Source of the DNA: a phage
Strand: one strand, 5' to 3'
DNA length: 64,000 nt
Assembly (NCBI GenBank): GCA_024572335.1
Contig: GCA_024572335.1_3052.1
Shown: positions 1-9,145 of the stretch, one piece after another
How the letters are laid out: every line of letters starts with the position of its first letter
How positions within the stretch are numbered: the stretch's first letter is position 1
Made by a program: the position numbers and the translations under genes
Notes under the pieces: model-generated
The model's database searches: none
What the model was told of the DNA's origin: nothing
Seen by the model: only the letters and a program-made list of their open reading frames with translations

Positions 1-109
1 TAAATGATACCGATAGTTTAATTCTACACCATTAGATTTAAAAGCGGTATCATACGGATTTTCTGGATCAATATCAATGTCAAGAGCTAAAACTTCCCTG
101 AGATACATT
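1..109 (-). CDS. 5' end of an ORF running off the window edge (MYLREVLALDIDIDPENPYD...), product unknown
   Basis: ATG at 107-109 (complement), frame open to position 1; no clear SD; partial. Confidence 0.3.
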
Positions 110-166
110 TTAAGTAAATAGGGAATAGCTTCAACTTCAGGTATTTCTTCCAAGAATCCGGAGAGG

Positions 167-730
167 TTAATCGTTAGCCTCATATAAAAAATCCAAACTA
201 GGAGAATCGTCTACAACACTTTTCTTTTCAGCCCCCGGTGTTCTATAGGTTGATTCTTCGTAATGCGTCATTTTATCGTAGATGTCTTGAATAAAAGTTT
301 CATCTACTAACGCAACCATATCGTCGTCACGACTGTCATAGACATTGTGAACGAAGTAACTGTATTTCTTTGCAACTTCCTTACGTTCTTTTTTAATACG
401 TTGGACGAATGCATTAAAACAAGCTTGAGTTATATATGCATGTGGGTTTTTATATTTCGTTTCATCAAAATTATGAAGCCCCTTAATAGAAGCTTCTATA
501 CCATCTGCAATCATTTCTTGTTTCCAAGACTGGGTGTATCCTGAAAAGTTGAAACGCTTAGATAAGCCTTCTGCAATAAGCATAATGGCTAATCCGATAG
601 TATCATTCTGACGAACTACTTTATTTGGGTCTTTATTATTTGCTAATTCTGTTTTCCAATCAATAATAGCTTGTAAAAGCTCTTTATTGTTTACGTAATT
701 ATATTTAGGCTTAGTTTCTGACATTTTCAC
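167..730 (-). CDS. 55: late-transcription sigma factor gp55
   Basis: 187-aa ORF; after the first two residues the sequence matches my recollection of T4 gp55 ([23 protein letters not shown]...); conserved position downstream of nrdG/nrdD. Confidence 0.9.
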
Positions 731-802
731 CTCTTAGCTCAATTCATAGATCTATTATATCATAATATTTGAAGATCTATCTTAAAGCATAGAGGATATC
801 AG

Positions 803-1072
803 TTATCTAAGTAAGCAGTATGCTTGGAATACTTTCTCCATCATCTTTTTAAATTCATGAATATCTATATAATGACTAGTTAGATCAGCATGATATAAAA
901 AGTCTAAAAACTTTTCATGTGTGCTAACATATTCGCTTTCATTTAATTCAGAAACATGGCTTTCCCAATATCCAACACCAGTCTTATTTGGGAAAAATGA
1001 AATTTTCATGTATTGGTCAACATAGAAAATGCCATAATTTTCAATAGTAATAGAAATATTAATAAATTTCAT
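803..1072 (-). CDS. hypothetical protein (89 aa)
   Basis: ORF in operon-like array downstream of terminator/promoter module; no recognisable motif. Confidence 0.45.
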   Translation of the reverse strand: MKFINISITIENYGIFYVDQYMKISFFPNKTGVGYWESHVSELNESEYVSTHEKFLDFLYHADLTSHYIDIHEFKKMMEKVFQAYCLLR

Positions 1073-1284
1073 ACATTCATCAACTTAGCCGCTTCAAGAG
1101 CTGCATCTAGTGAATCAAATTGATCGACATATTCAATCAGTTCGCCATAATTGGCATATAACCACCATTGGCTAAATTCATACTCAAGGATGAATCCGTT
1201 TCCTTCAATTTGAGTTAAACCAATGCCATTTGTATTTACTTCATACCCAGCAAGACGCAAATCGTTAATAAGAGCTTCGTTCAT
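1069..1284 (-). CDS. hypothetical protein (71 aa)
   Basis: ORF with 4-nt stop/start overlap with neighbour (T4-style coupling). Confidence 0.45.
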   Translation of the reverse strand: MNEALINDLRLAGYEVNTNGIGLTQIEGNGFILEYEFSQWWLYANYGELIEYVDQFDSLDAALEAAKLMNV

Positions 1285-1286
1285 AA

Positions 1287-1613
1287 TTATACCTTAGTAA
1301 TTTTCAGGTCTGCAAATTTTTTCTTGCGTTGATTTTTCATGCGACGAATAGTTTTATCGGAAATTTCATGCTTTTGATAAGCTTTAGATTCTACACCAAA
1401 AGCTTTAACATCAAATTCTGACAAGATATATTGAACCAGCAATTCACGGACAGTATTGCGTCCAATCTTCTGATCATTCTGTTTCATCGTCTGATGAAGC
1501 TCTTTTTCCCATTTATCCAAAATTTGAGGAGTTACAATATCGCCTTTTTCTAGCAGAGAAACTACTTTATCATATGCATAAGAATTGATGGCGTTTTTAA
1601 TTTGAATAGTCAT
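1287..1613 (-). CDS. hypothetical protein (108 aa), basic C-terminus
   Basis: ORF; lysine/arginine-rich tail NQRKKKFADLK. Confidence 0.45.
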   Translation of the reverse strand: MTIQIKNAINSYAYDKVVSLLEKGDIVTPQILDKWEKELHQTMKQNDQKIGRNTVRELLVQYILSEFDVKAFGVESKAYQKHEISDKTIRRMKNQRKKKFADLKITKV

Positions 1614-1640
1614 ACATTATCCTCAATTACATTAAAATTT

Positions 1641-1667
1641 TATTATCCAAAAAGGGCCGAAGCCCTT
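1641..1667 (-). terminator. intrinsic terminator (UUCG tetraloop hairpin + U tract)
   Basis: minus-strand AAGGGC-UUCG-GCCCUU followed by UUUGG. Confidence 0.55.
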
Positions 1668-1866
1668 AGCTAAACTGTTTGGCACCCTTCCAGCCTTCAT
1701 ACATCATTGCGACTGACAATGACAAAGCTCCTTCACATGCTGCATACTTATTATTCCAGAACCAATTTAGAAAAACTTCATCCTCAATACCATTGTGTTT
1801 CATGTTCTGGAAAAATTTGGCGCGTTCTTCACGAAGCTTTTGCGATAATTTAGATTCAGGATTCAT
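1666..1866 (-). CDS. hypothetical protein (66 aa)
   Basis: ORF followed by hairpin terminator at 1652-1667. Confidence 0.4.
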   Translation of the reverse strand: MNPESKLSQKLREERAKFFQNMKHNGIEDEVFLNWFWNNKYAACEGALSLSVAMMYEGWKGAKQFS

Positions 1867-1998
1867 TTAAATTTCCCAATTACCATTTTCATCAATAAAT
1901 TTAATCCAGTCATTTACTGACCACTTGGTCGTATCGCCTTTTGGAGCAACATTTAAAGTGTATAATCCTTGTTTAAAAAGCATTCGTTTGATATTCAT
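1867..1998 (-). CDS. hypothetical small protein (44 aa)
   Basis: ATG at 1996-1998 (complement) preceded by GAGGAAA SD; ORF-track start at 2082 is upstream of this SD. Confidence 0.35.
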   Translation of the reverse strand: MNIKRMLFKQGLYTLNVAPKGDTTKWSVNDWIKFIDENGNWEI

Positions 1999-2005
1999 AT
2001 TTTCC

Positions 2006-2299
2006 TCAGCTGTAACGATAGCACTCGTTTGATTTGCGCTTAGCAACTCGTTGAGAAGTATTGTAATCAAAATCATCGTCAATGTAAACTGATTTTTTCA
2101 ACTTTCTTACTTCACCACGTAATTGGCGATTTAGCTCATCTTTAACTTCTGAATCAATACCTTTCATTCTACGCCATTTATCAGAGCGAAAAATGTTTTC
2201 AACCATATCTTTATGACTTACCCCATCAGGAGCTTTACGCTTTCCGAAATAGTCATAATCACGCACTTTTAAGTCTTTACGACGATACGTTTTACCCAT
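2006..2299 (-). CDS. hypothetical highly basic protein (97 aa)
   Basis: ATG at 2297-2299 (complement) overlaps stop of upstream ORF; K/R-rich sequence. Confidence 0.45.
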   Translation of the reverse strand: MGKTYRRKDLKVRDYDYFGKRKAPDGVSHKDMVENIFRSDKWRRMKGIDSEVKDELNRQLRGEVRKLKKSVYIDDDFDYNTSQRVAKRKSNECYRYS

Positions 2300-2474
2300 G
2301 GAGTTTAATTTCCTTAGCAACTGAACTAAATACAGCACGATCGCAAATCATGCGTTTATGTAACTTGAGTATAATATAGCAAACTTCAAAACTATTTACA
2401 TGAGTAACACGAACAGCATTACCATTAATGAGATAATACTGCCCCTTTTTAATTTCTTTATCAACCATAACCAT
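2292..2474 (-). CDS. hypothetical protein (60 aa)
   Basis: first ORF downstream of early promoter at 2505-2534. Confidence 0.4.
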   Translation of the reverse strand: MVMVDKEIKKGQYYLINGNAVRVTHVNSFEVCYIILKLHKRMICDRAVFSSVAKEIKLHG

Positions 2475-2504
2475 ATCAATTCCTCAAAGGCAATTCATAT
2501 GTTA

Positions 2505-2534
2505 ATAATACCACAGTTTGAGCTTGTTGTAAAC
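2505..2534 (-). promoter_or_regulatory. sigma70-type early promoter (T4 early consensus-like)
   Basis: on minus strand GTTTAC (2529-2534) - 18 bp - TATTAT (2505-2510); flanking tgtaaacaactttgtgaaa repeat. Confidence 0.6.
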
Positions 2535-2599
2535 AACTTTGTGAAAATTATTTTAGGGAATGATAAGAAGGGAACGATAGCTTAGAATGGTAATATACA

Positions 2600-2630
2600 G
2601 AATGTGAGAAAGAAAGGCCCAGAGGGCCCG
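2600..2630 (-). terminator. intrinsic terminator
   Basis: minus-strand GGGCCC-UCU-GGGCC followed by UUUCUUUCU. Confidence 0.55.
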
Positions 2631-2632
2631 TC

Positions 2633-3055
2633 TTAGTCTTCTATGATATCTCTATCATATCCAAGTGAAATGAGAGTTTCTTTGAAGTGTTTAATGTTCT
2701 TTTGTCTAGAATCATTAATGAAAATGACTGGATAACGAATGTTAAGAGATGTGAATCCAGCGCGTTTAGCAAGAGATACAATCAGCGGACGATCATACTC
2801 AATCTTACCGTTATTTGTAAGAACTTTATAGAAAGTAAAAGGAGCATTAAGCTCCTTTAGAAGTTTTGTAACTGATTGACATCCAGGACAACGACCTACT
2901 TCTTCGGGGATGCCATAGATTTCAATCTTATTCTTTAAATTCGAGTTTTGTTCCACGAGAAATAATTCCTTGATAAGCCCAGTATGGCGGGTTAACAGAA
3001 TCCTCACCAGAGTTTTCTTCAGGAAAATAAACCTGGATAACGAAGCCGGATTCAT
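2633..3055 (-). CDS. glutaredoxin/NrdH-like redoxin (CPGC active site); start uncertain
   Basis: CPGCQ CxxC motif within IEIYGIPEEVGRCPGCQ...; the domain has no internal Met and its frame overlaps the upstream ORF; only ATG is at 3053-3055 with no SD. Confidence 0.45.
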   Translation of the reverse strand: MNPASLSRFIFLKKTLVRILLTRHTGLIKELFLVEQNSNLKNKIEIYGIPEEVGRCPGCQSVTKLLKELNAPFTFYKVLTNNGKIEYDRPLIVSLAKRAGFTSLNIRYPVIFINDSRQKNIKHFKETLISLGYDRDIIED

Positions 3056-3239
3056 CAAAGGTGAAATAAGTAGTAGGCAGTTCACCTAACAAATCGGCAC
3101 GAGCGTTGATTTCTTCGAGGTCTTGTTCACGTCCAGCCCAGAAGCTTGGGTTCAGACTACATTCATAGAAATAATAGTCATTACCGAACATATCAAAACC
3201 ATTCCAACTCTCTACTACATACCGCTCAAAACTAATCAT
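2928..3239 (-). CDS. hypothetical protein (103 aa)
   Basis: ORF; stop lies inside the redoxin reading frame (see finding). Confidence 0.45.
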   Translation of the reverse strand: MISFERYVVESWNGFDMFGNDYYFYECSLNPSFWAGREQDLEEINARADLLGELPTTYFTFDESGFVIQVYFPEENSGEDSVNPPYWAYQGIISRGTKLEFKE

Positions 3240-3241
3240 AA

Positions 3242-3457
3242 TTAAGCCTTTTTATCAAGAACAGCATTCAGCTTGTTAGTAATTTTATCCAGACGCTTAT
3301 TGAACTCACTAGAAGATAAGCCCTTTTCTGGAGAAATTAAACTAATAACGAAAAATACAACAATAAAAGGAATAAGAAAAATAGCTCCAACTGCCATAAA
3401 CAAAAAGAACGTTACAGTTGTAAGAAAATCAGCTAAACCTTTACGAAATTTATACAT
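3242..3457 (-). CDS. small membrane protein (71 aa, one TM helix)
   Basis: hydrophobic stretch VTFFLFMAVGAIFLIPFIVVFFVISLI. Confidence 0.45.
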   Translation of the reverse strand: MYKFRKGLADFLTTVTFFLFMAVGAIFLIPFIVVFFVISLISPEKGLSSSEFNKRLDKITNKLNAVLDKKA

Positions 3458-3572
3458 ATTTTACCCTTAATTGATTAACCAAGCATTGATAAGCACTAAA
3501 CTATATTGGGAATAAAATTCTGGACCAAAATGAAAAATCATATCATTTATAGTATCCATAATGTAATTCAGT

Positions 3573-4043
3573 TTAATCATGTTTCCACACCCCATCGGTA
3601 TTTGACCAAAGTCGCTGATTATCTGATCCTCGCCACAGCTTTTTGGTCGGAAGATTTTTCTCATACTTCCCATCAATAATAACATCAACATATTTAAGCA
3701 TTTCTAGTTGTTTAATATCTTCAAACTTATATCCTGTCCACAACCAAATGCTTTTATTGGGATAAAGATTTTTAACTGTTTGAACGATGCAATGAATCAC
3801 GTCTCTGTTATCAGGATAAAGAGGGTCACCTCCGGTTATAGTTAATCCTTCTATATAATCATTATTCAAACATTCAATTAATTGTTCTAGTGTTTCACCA
3901 GTGAATGGAATACCATTTCTAGCATTCCATGTTGATTTATTATAACACCCTTCACATTTATGCAAACAACCTGTAACGAAAAGAACGGTCCTGCAGCCAG
4001 GACCATTAACAAAATCGCAAGGATAAAATCTATCATAATTCAT
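3573..4043 (-). CDS. nrdG: anaerobic ribonucleotide reductase activating protein (radical SAM)
   Basis: 156 aa; CxxxCxxC cluster motif (CLHKCEGC); ATGA overlap with nrdD stop. Confidence 0.9.
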   Translation of the reverse strand: MNYDRFYPCDFVNGPGCRTVLFVTGCLHKCEGCYNKSTWNARNGIPFTGETLEQLIECLNNDYIEGLTITGGDPLYPDNRDVIHCIVQTVKNLYPNKSIWLWTGYKFEDIKQLEMLKYVDVIIDGKYEKNLPTKKLWRGSDNQRLWSNTDGVWKHD

Positions 4044-5857
4044 TGGTGCTTAACCCTATGCATGATTTCTTTATTTTTGCCGAGATTAAATCCGCGTTCG
4101 TTCGGATTTCCAAGATAGCCGCATGTTCTTCTTATTGTGTTCATCTTTTTAGGATCAGTTTCTCCACAGATAGAACAAACAAATCCGTTTTCAGTAGGAG
4201 TCATTTCATGGGTGCTTCCGCATGTAAAACATTTATCTACTGGCATATTAACACCAAAATAATCTAAATGTTGTGCAGCATAATCCCATACAGCCTCAAG
4301 GCCTTTTAGGTTATTTTTCATATCAGGAAGTTCAACATAAGAAATGTGACCACCTGTCGCAATGAAATGATATGGCGCTTCACGAGAAATCTTTTCAAAC
4401 GGAGTAATATTTTCTTCTACTGAAACATGGAAACTGTTAGTGTACCATCCTTTATCGGTAACATCTTTTACACTTCCATATTTTTCTGTATCAAGTTTAC
4501 AGAAGCGATAACAAAGGTTTTCAGCAGGAGTCGAATACAAACTAAAAGCAAACCCAGTTCTTTCAGCCCACTGTTTAAGACGAGCATTCATTTTAGTTAA
4601 AATTTCTTGTCCAATGTCACGACCGACAAGAATATTCAATTCATGAATACCAATGTATCCTAAAGACACTGAACTTCTACCGTTTTTAAATAACTCAATT
4701 ATGTCGTCATCAGGTTTAAGACGAACCCCGAATGCACCTTCTTGGTAAAGAATAGGAGCAACAGTAGCTTTAACTCCTTTTAAGGAACTAATTCTACACA
4801 TCAAAGCTTCAAAACACAAATCCATACGTTCATTGAATAATTCAACAAATTTCTGTTCATTGAACTGTGTTCCAATATAAGAATCCAACGCGATGCGAGG
4901 AAGATTCAGTGTTACAACACCAAGATTATTACGTCCATCAAGAATTTCATTACCAGTCGAATCTTTCCATACGCTCAAGAAACTACGGCAACCCATTGGA
5001 GAAACAGGAATAGATGAACCGGTGATAGCTTTATTATTCTTAACTGAAATAATATCAGGATACATCCTTTTGCTTGCACACTCTAGAGCAAGCTGCTTAA
5101 TATCATAGTTCGGATCGTCTTTATAAAGATTAACGCCTTCTTCAACGAACATAACAAGTTTAGGAAAAATAGGAGTTATCCCATCACGACCAAGACCTTT
5201 AATACGATTTTTCAGAATTGCTTTCTGAATCATTCGTTCAGTCCAGTCAGTTCCCGTACCAAATGTAATTGTTACAAAGGGAGTCTGTCCGTTTGAACTA
5301 AAGAGAGTATTTACTTCATATTCATAAGCTTGGAATGCATCGTATACGTCTTTTTCTGTTTTAGATTGGGCATAATTCAGTGCATCGGCGATTTGCCATT
5401 TTTCTGCGTCCTCGATATGTTTTGCATAGGTGCGTTTAACATAAGGAGAAAGTACTTTATCTACATTCGCAAAAGTCGTTCCGCCGTATTGGTGAGAAGC
5501 AACCTGTGCGGTAATTTGTGCCATAATTGCAGTAGCAACGCCAATTGATTTAGGAGTTTCAATCTGTGCATTACCAAGCTTAAATCCGTTTTCAAGCATT
5601 CCTTTTAAATCTACTAAACAACAATTAGTAAATGGAAGAGCAGGGGAATAATCAATATCATGGAAATGAATAATTCCGCTTTCATGCGCTTTCATAATAA
5701 AAGACGGGACCATATTTTTGGCAATGTGTTTAGACACAATACCAGCCATAAGGTCCCGTTGAGTTGGAAAAACACGAGAATCTTTATTAGCATTCTCGTT
5801 TAAAAGGTCTTTATTAGTTTTATGAATCAATCCTTCAATTTCTTTTTCAATTGTCAT
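4040..5857 (-). CDS. nrdD: anaerobic ribonucleoside-triphosphate reductase (class III, glycyl radical); uninterrupted
   Basis: 605-aa continuous ORF; C-terminal zinc-ribbon CxxC...CxxC and glycyl-radical region; nrdD-nrdG-49 synteny. Confidence 0.93.
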   Translation of the reverse strand: MTIEKEIEGLIHKTNKDLLNENANKDSRVFPTQRDLMAGIVSKHIAKNMVPSFIMKAHESGIIHFHDIDYSPALPFTNCCLVDLKGMLENGFKLGNAQIETPKSIGVATAIMAQITAQVASHQYGGTTFANVDKVLSPYVKRTYAKHIEDAEKWQIADALNYAQSKTEKDVYDAFQAYEYEVNTLFSSNGQTPFVTITFGTGTDWTERMIQKAILKNRIKGLGRDGITPIFPKLVMFVEEGVNLYKDDPNYDIKQLALECASKRMYPDIISVKNNKAITGSSIPVSPMGCRSFLSVWKDSTGNEILDGRNNLGVVTLNLPRIALDSYIGTQFNEQKFVELFNERMDLCFEALMCRISSLKGVKATVAPILYQEGAFGVRLKPDDDIIELFKNGRSSVSLGYIGIHELNILVGRDIGQEILTKMNARLKQWAERTGFAFSLYSTPAENLCYRFCKLDTEKYGSVKDVTDKGWYTNSFHVSVEENITPFEKISREAPYHFIATGGHISYVELPDMKNNLKGLEAVWDYAAQHLDYFGVNMPVDKCFTCGSTHEMTPTENGFVCSICGETDPKKMNTIRRTCGYLGNPNERGFNLGKNKEIMHRVKHQ

Positions 5858-6327
5858 TTTAAACTCTTTCTAAGCTGCTTCTTAAATGAAGCTATTAATT
5901 GTGTTTTGGTGTCAAATTCATTATATTCAAATCCTCTTTGAAGCATCTCAGCCATCATTTCCTCTTTTCCTAAACGAGAAAATTCCTTTGATTTATCTCC
6001 AACGAAGTTAGGGTGAATATTATTTTGGGTGTAATCGGATTTTAAATAAGTAAGTAAATTTTCTAACCATTCAAGATAATCAACACCCTGTCCCTTTAAT
6101 CCAGAACGATTAAATTTATGCTTCATTTGACCTTCTGCAGCATTGCAGAGATTACAGAGCAATCCACGTACCTTTCCTGCTTTTGGTCCATTTAATTCAT
6201 GGTCATGGTCGAGGTGATTAGCTTGAACATCAGGATTTAGTTCTCGTTGGCAAATTAAACATTTACCATTTTGTGCATCATAAAATTTCTGTTTTTCTTC
6301 TTTATATAATTTGCCAGTCAATAACAT
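5854..6327 (-). CDS. 49: recombination endonuclease VII (Holliday junction resolvase)
   Basis: 157 aa; CLICQ...HLDHDHE...CNLCN His-Cys box; size and position match T4 gp49. Confidence 0.9.
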   Translation of the reverse strand: MLLTGKLYKEEKQKFYDAQNGKCLICQRELNPDVQANHLDHDHELNGPKAGKVRGLLCNLCNAAEGQMKHKFNRSGLKGQGVDYLEWLENLLTYLKSDYTQNNIHPNFVGDKSKEFSRLGKEEMMAEMLQRGFEYNEFDTKTQLIASFKKQLRKSLK

Positions 6328-6368
6328 AATAAACCCTTACCTTAAATAGATAAGGGTATTTATTATTT

Positions 6369-6854
6369 TCAAGTATTGTAAAACATTTGATTCAATCGCT
6401 TATATTGCCGAATCTTTTGGTCAGAAAAAGAAATTTGAGTTTCAAGCCATTCAATGTACTCTGCGGCAGCTTGCATTAAATTTCCTTCATAGCCATCGTT
6501 ATTTTCTTGTGCAGCTAATTTAGCTAATGCGTATGGAATACGTTCACCTTGAAAATCGGCTTTAGGCTTCTGAACAACTTGATTAGTTCTCTCTACAACT
6601 TCTTCAATTTCGCCATTTTCGACTGATTCAGTATTCCACAAGCACCAATACGTAATTGGCTTATCGTAGATATTAATAATCTTTCCATCAGAAAGTTCAA
6701 TTTCAATAATTCCAGTAACAGGTTCTATATCATCTTCACATTCTTTTGCAAGTTCACGAACTTTAAAGACAGTACCTGCACTAAGTTCCGGCCAGTAATT
6801 ACACAGCCCTGTATCAGCACGATTAATTCTAAACCACTTATCTACTGTAATCAT
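6369..6854 (-). CDS. pin: putative protease inhibitor Pin-like protein
   Basis: 161 aa from ATG at 6852-6854 (complement); located between 49 and nrdC as in T4; identity by position and size only. Confidence 0.5.
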   Translation of the reverse strand: MITVDKWFRINRADTGLCNYWPELSAGTVFKVRELAKECEDDIEPVTGIIEIELSDGKIINIYDKPITYWCLWNTESVENGEIEEVVERTNQVVQKPKADFQGERIPYALAKLAAQENNDGYEGNLMQAAAEYIEWLETQISFSDQKIRQYKRLNQMFYNT

Positions 6855-6973
6855 GTCCCATCTCCATATCAATTAAGTCATTTATCGTTGGTTCATTATA
6901 TACTGTTTCTTCATCAGTGTAAACCGGTTCTTCCGGCTCTGGCTCTACAGTTTCCCATCTAGCCGCCCACCAA

Positions 6974-7147
6974 GGTTTAACCCCGAAGCTTATTAAGTTC
7001 TTCATAATCAATCCAGGATTCTAATCCTGATGGCAGGTCACATTCAATTTCCCAAAGAAGTTCTTCAATTTTATGAAGACGATCTAATTCTTCAACAGGA
7101 ATAGTAACCATTGATGGAGCTCTTGCTGCACTAATATCGTATATCAT
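6974..7147 (-). CDS. hypothetical small protein (57 aa)
   Basis: ATG 7145-7147 (complement) just after stop of upstream ORF; below ORF-track size cutoff. Confidence 0.25.
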
Positions 7148-7149
7148 AT

Positions 7150-7365
7150 TTACCCCAATTTAACCATACAATCGCCATATTTCCACTTAGAAATAGACTT
7201 TTCACCATTAGAATAATAAACTTCGAGTTTAGCACGATTATTTTTAATTTGAATAACCTTGGCTGTCATCAAAGTTCCATACCCATAATAAACTGCAACT
7301 TCATCACCTACATATACCGCGCTTCCGCGGTAATCATGAATATAGTCAGTTCCTTCAAGCATCAT
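7150..7365 (-). CDS. hypothetical protein (71 aa)
   Basis: ORF overlapping nrdC stop by 4 nt. Confidence 0.45.
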   Translation of the reverse strand: MMLEGTDYIHDYRGSAVYVGDEVAVYYGYGTLMTAKVIQIKNNRAKLEVYYSNGEKSISKWKYGDCMVKLG

Positions 7366-7625
7366 TTAAAATATTCTCGCAATTGGTCAAATCCACCAAT
7401 ATGACTTCCATCAGGAGCAAATACCTGAGGCATTGTCAAGCCGATTTGAGTATCACGACCTAGTTTAGTCAGAAGCTCAGCAATTTTCTCATCATCAAAA
7501 ACACCTTTTTCTGGCATAATGTTGATAAATTCAAATGGCTGTTTCTTCACGGTCAAAAGACGTTTTGCATTATCGCAATACACACATTTATGGATGTTGC
7601 TATCATAACCATATACTTTAAACAT
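7362..7625 (-). CDS. nrdC: thioredoxin/glutaredoxin (NrdC)
   Basis: 87 aa; VYCDNA active-site CxxC in a glutaredoxin-like fold; T4 nrdC position. Confidence 0.85.
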   Translation of the reverse strand: MFKVYGYDSNIHKCVYCDNAKRLLTVKKQPFEFINIMPEKGVFDDEKIAELLTKLGRDTQIGLTMPQVFAPDGSHIGGFDQLREYFK

Positions 7626-7626
7626 A

Positions 7627-7884
7627 TTATTCCTTAATTCCTAGTACTTGTTTAAAAGTCTCGTCGTAATCAAGACTTTGGCCCGTTTGTTCTTTATGTT
7701 TGTATATAATATCACTTACTTCTGATAGCATATTTTTATATGAACGAGTTAAAGCAGATTTAAGCACGCTGTATCTATCAGGAAATTTACCATGTTCATT
7801 ATAATACGCTATTGCTAATTCACGGACTGCCTTTTCAGCAGTCTCCATATATTCTTTACGCTTTGTCATTTTCTTCTCGGTCAA
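7627..7884 (-). CDS. hypothetical protein (85 aa)
   Basis: ORF, first of 11 ORFs between nrdC and the rI region. Confidence 0.45.
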
Positions 7885-8173
7885 ATCGGTGTTTACAATG
7901 ACGACATTTATAACGAAGATTACTAGTCTGCCAATGAACTAATTGTACCTGTTCAGTACCGCATTCAGGACAATTAGGAACGCTTTTAGAAGCCCTTTCG
8001 CGACGTTCAACCATAGCCATAATGGCATCCCAAGCTGGAGGTTTAAAATCTAAATCATCACAACCGTGAATCTTTCCACGCATTTCCAGATCGTCTTCTT
8101 CACCAGCCATAATAATTTTAATTAGACTGGAATTACTTGAAGCTGCAATATCTTCTAATAGACGCTTTTTCAT
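7856..8173 (-). CDS. zinc-ribbon protein (105 aa)
   Basis: CPECG...CRHCKH four-cysteine zinc ribbon. Confidence 0.5.
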
Positions 8174-9093
8174 TTCAGTACCTCAATAGCATCACGTAAA
8201 CCATTTGCTTTGGCGGTTAAAGCCTTAATAACTTTAGTATGCTCTTCAATCTGTTTTTCAACTTCAATCAAACGGGCACTGAGATATTCGCGTTCTTCTT
8301 TCATAGTATCATTCCCATGATTGGGCTTTGGCGTAGATTTAAATTTACTAGGGTCCTTTAACTTAATAACAACTTTAGTTTCAAACAGTGAAAGACCATA
8401 ATTCGTATTATCATCAAAGGATTCAACTACGTCCATTTTAGACAATAACGTACGAAGATTATAAGTCAAAGAACGAATCGTTTTATTATGTTTATTAGCT
8501 TCGCATGGTTTCATATATGGAAGATTTTTATATATTTCATGTGGAGCACAAACAATAATTGACAATTCAACTGGTCCATTCTGCGATGGAATGAATTTAG
8601 CCGTAACCCAATCTTTTACATTTACATTAATAGTACGGTCATCGCCATGACAAAACAGTCTACGAGAATGCTTAAAAAGCATATTCACATTATTATTAAA
8701 TTCGTGTGAAAACTCACTAGCAAATTTTTCTTTACTATTTTTAGAAAACCATTCTTCTAAATAAGTTCTTTTCACGTCATTAATAATATTAAATGTAACA
8801 ACATTAGCATTTGATACATTAGTCTCAATGTAGCTTGGATACATAAATTTTTTAACATTATTAACAGCTATCACAGAAGATAGTAATCGGGAACGTTTAA
8901 ACCATTCAAGCAAATTGCCTAACGAATGAGAATAAGCGTTTTGAGTATCTTTACAGATATGATTTTCCTGACCAACATATTGAAGGAAATCACGAAGAAT
9001 ATTATTGATTACTGCTCTGTGCCCGATCTGATAATTACGGTGTTTAGTAATAAGACTGTCAAAATAATCAATATAATGTTTACGAGTTTTCAT
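8170..9093 (-). CDS. hypothetical protein with C-terminal coiled coil (307 aa)
   Basis: N-terminus MKTRK...; heptad-like tail [42 protein letters not shown]. Confidence 0.55.
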   Translation of the reverse strand: MKTRKHYIDYFDSLITKHRNYQIGHRAVINNILRDFLQYVGQENHICKDTQNAYSHSLGNLLEWFKRSRLLSSVIAVNNVKKFMYPSYIETNVSNANVVTFNIINDVKRTYLEEWFSKNSKEKFASEFSHEFNNNVNMLFKHSRRLFCHGDDRTINVNVKDWVTAKFIPSQNGPVELSIIVCAPHEIYKNLPYMKPCEANKHNKTIRSLTYNLRTLLSKMDVVESFDDNTNYGLSLFETKVVIKLKDPSKFKSTPKPNHGNDTMKEEREYLSARLIEVEKQIEEHTKVIKALTAKANGLRDAIEVLK

Positions 9094-9145
9094 ATTCTTC
9101 TCACTTGGTTAATGGTTTATACTCCGAGCCATCCTTGGCTTTAAA

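Noticed and set aside
731-802. Possible MotA-dependent middle promoter upstream of gene 55 (TGCTTTA box at 783-789 on the minus strand) and similar boxes at 30336-30342 and 31607-31613
   Set aside because: The boxes exist but spacing to a convincing -10 element is ambiguous; not annotated without transcript data.
3467-3691. 74-aa ORF overlapping the 3' part of nrdG
   Set aside because: Out-of-frame overlap with a highly conserved radical-SAM gene; no SD; likely spurious.
4040-5857. Possible group I intron or homing endonuclease inside nrdD
   Set aside because: The reading frame is continuous for 605 codons with no insertion; no intron present.
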